A DNA stretch of 64,000 bases from Octopus sinensis. Its lineage: Eukaryota. The DNA is taken from NCBI RefSeq assembly GCF_006345805.1, contig NC_043011.1, forward strand, positions 3,534,001-3,598,000, given 5' to 3'. The translations under genes and the position numbers were made by a program. Of this stretch, positions 63,208 to 64,000 are shown piece after piece. Within the stretch, counting starts at the first letter, position 1, and every line of letters begins with the position of its first letter. The notes below the pieces were generated by a model. It worked only from the letters and a program-made list of their open reading frames with translations. It was not told the DNA's origin and ran no database searches.

Positions 63208-63716
63208 CTAGCAGTATCACCCGGCGTTGCTCGGGTTTGTAAGGGAAATAACTATATAAGCATTTTAGAGAGTTACTTCCCTTATAGATGCCAATTCGGG
63301 CTTTCTTAGCCATTTCTGTTTTGGTGTCTTCAAGCCATGAAGTCGTTGTTCTAATAGAACGCTGGTCTCCTTGACAACGCTTTACGACGTTGATTTCCTT
63401 ACACTCCCTTCCCCACAGCTTCACGAGGGAGGGAAGAAGGGGAAGAAGCAAACAGGTGCAGGTGTGACCATGGACGCCAACTCCGCCGCCATCGACACAC
63501 GAAAAATTATGCATTAAAATGGAATAAAAAATGATGTTAAATTATTTTTAAAATCGTAGACTCATCGTAGACGCACGCTAATATTCAGACAGGCTCGATA
63601 TGAATCACGACTATAAGATACCCGAATTTAGTTAAACTGCACCGCAAAATGTGGGAGTAGTTAGGAATCTAAATCGAAGGGGACAGACACTCACACAACT
63701 ACAGTTTTATATATAT
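63208..63716 (-). mobile_element. Non-autonomous Helitron, same family as 28715-29112
   Basis: CTAG at 63208-63211 with hairpin CCCGGCGTTGCTCGGG; shared terminal sequences; extra ~225-bp internal segment. Confidence 0.85.
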
Positions 63717-63786
63717 ATATGTACCGATGTAAGTATGTACATACACGTATGTATATATGCATATATATATATGTATATAGATATAT

Positions 63787-63987
63787 ATATATTAATGGGG
63801 AAGGTCGATTTATGGGATTGCTGTGACTTTCCCATCCATAAAGAGTTTAGCTTTATGACATATCATTAGACCCCAAAACCTGCTGGCTCACAGGTTTTGG
63901 GGTCTGACGATATGCTATTAAGCTAAACCCATTATGGATGGGAAACCCATGGCAATCTCATAAACCTGCCTTCCCCATTAATATATA
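63787..63987. mobile_element. Fold-back MITE (~200 bp, almost entirely inverted repeat)
   Basis: TTAA-TGGGGAAGG...CCTTCCCCA-TTAA ends; central AGACCCCAAAACCTG/CAGGTTTTGGGGTCT perfect arms. Confidence 0.8.
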
Positions 63988-64000
63988 ATCTGCTCTACAT

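Overview
AT-rich, repeat-saturated eukaryotic DNA. The SINE/LINE families and composition point to a coleoid cephalopod, probably Octopus (inference, not confirmed). No host gene could be identified with confidence; nearly all long ORFs in the track are microsatellite translations or transposon remnants. Contents: (i) ~12 copies of a tRNA-derived SINE with an internal microsatellite, plus two other SINE families; (ii) RTE LINE 3' ends/3'UTRs, a GC-rich BovB-like RTE, CR1, several R4/Dong-like RLE LINE remnants, Penelope-like (PLE) RT/GIY-YIG remnants and a Gypsy gag-protease remnant; (iii) two solo LTRs with 4-bp TSDs; (iv) a full-length mariner with an open ORF but a D->N change at the first catalytic residue, plus decayed mariner, maT and hAT copies, two non-autonomous Helitrons and a fold-back MITE; (v) a probable old NUMT (atp8/atp6-like). 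The most interesting signal is an ORF-less ~845-bp element inside (TA)n at 22971-23814. It has a 445-bp unit with 136-bp terminal redundancy and a 264-bp near-perfect inversion, giving two antiparallel type I hammerhead ribozyme motifs (retrozyme/mini-Penelope-like). Two smaller (TA)n-embedded fold-backs (15307-15505 with a minimal hammerhead; 46210-46328) repeat the theme. Boundaries of decayed elements are approximate.
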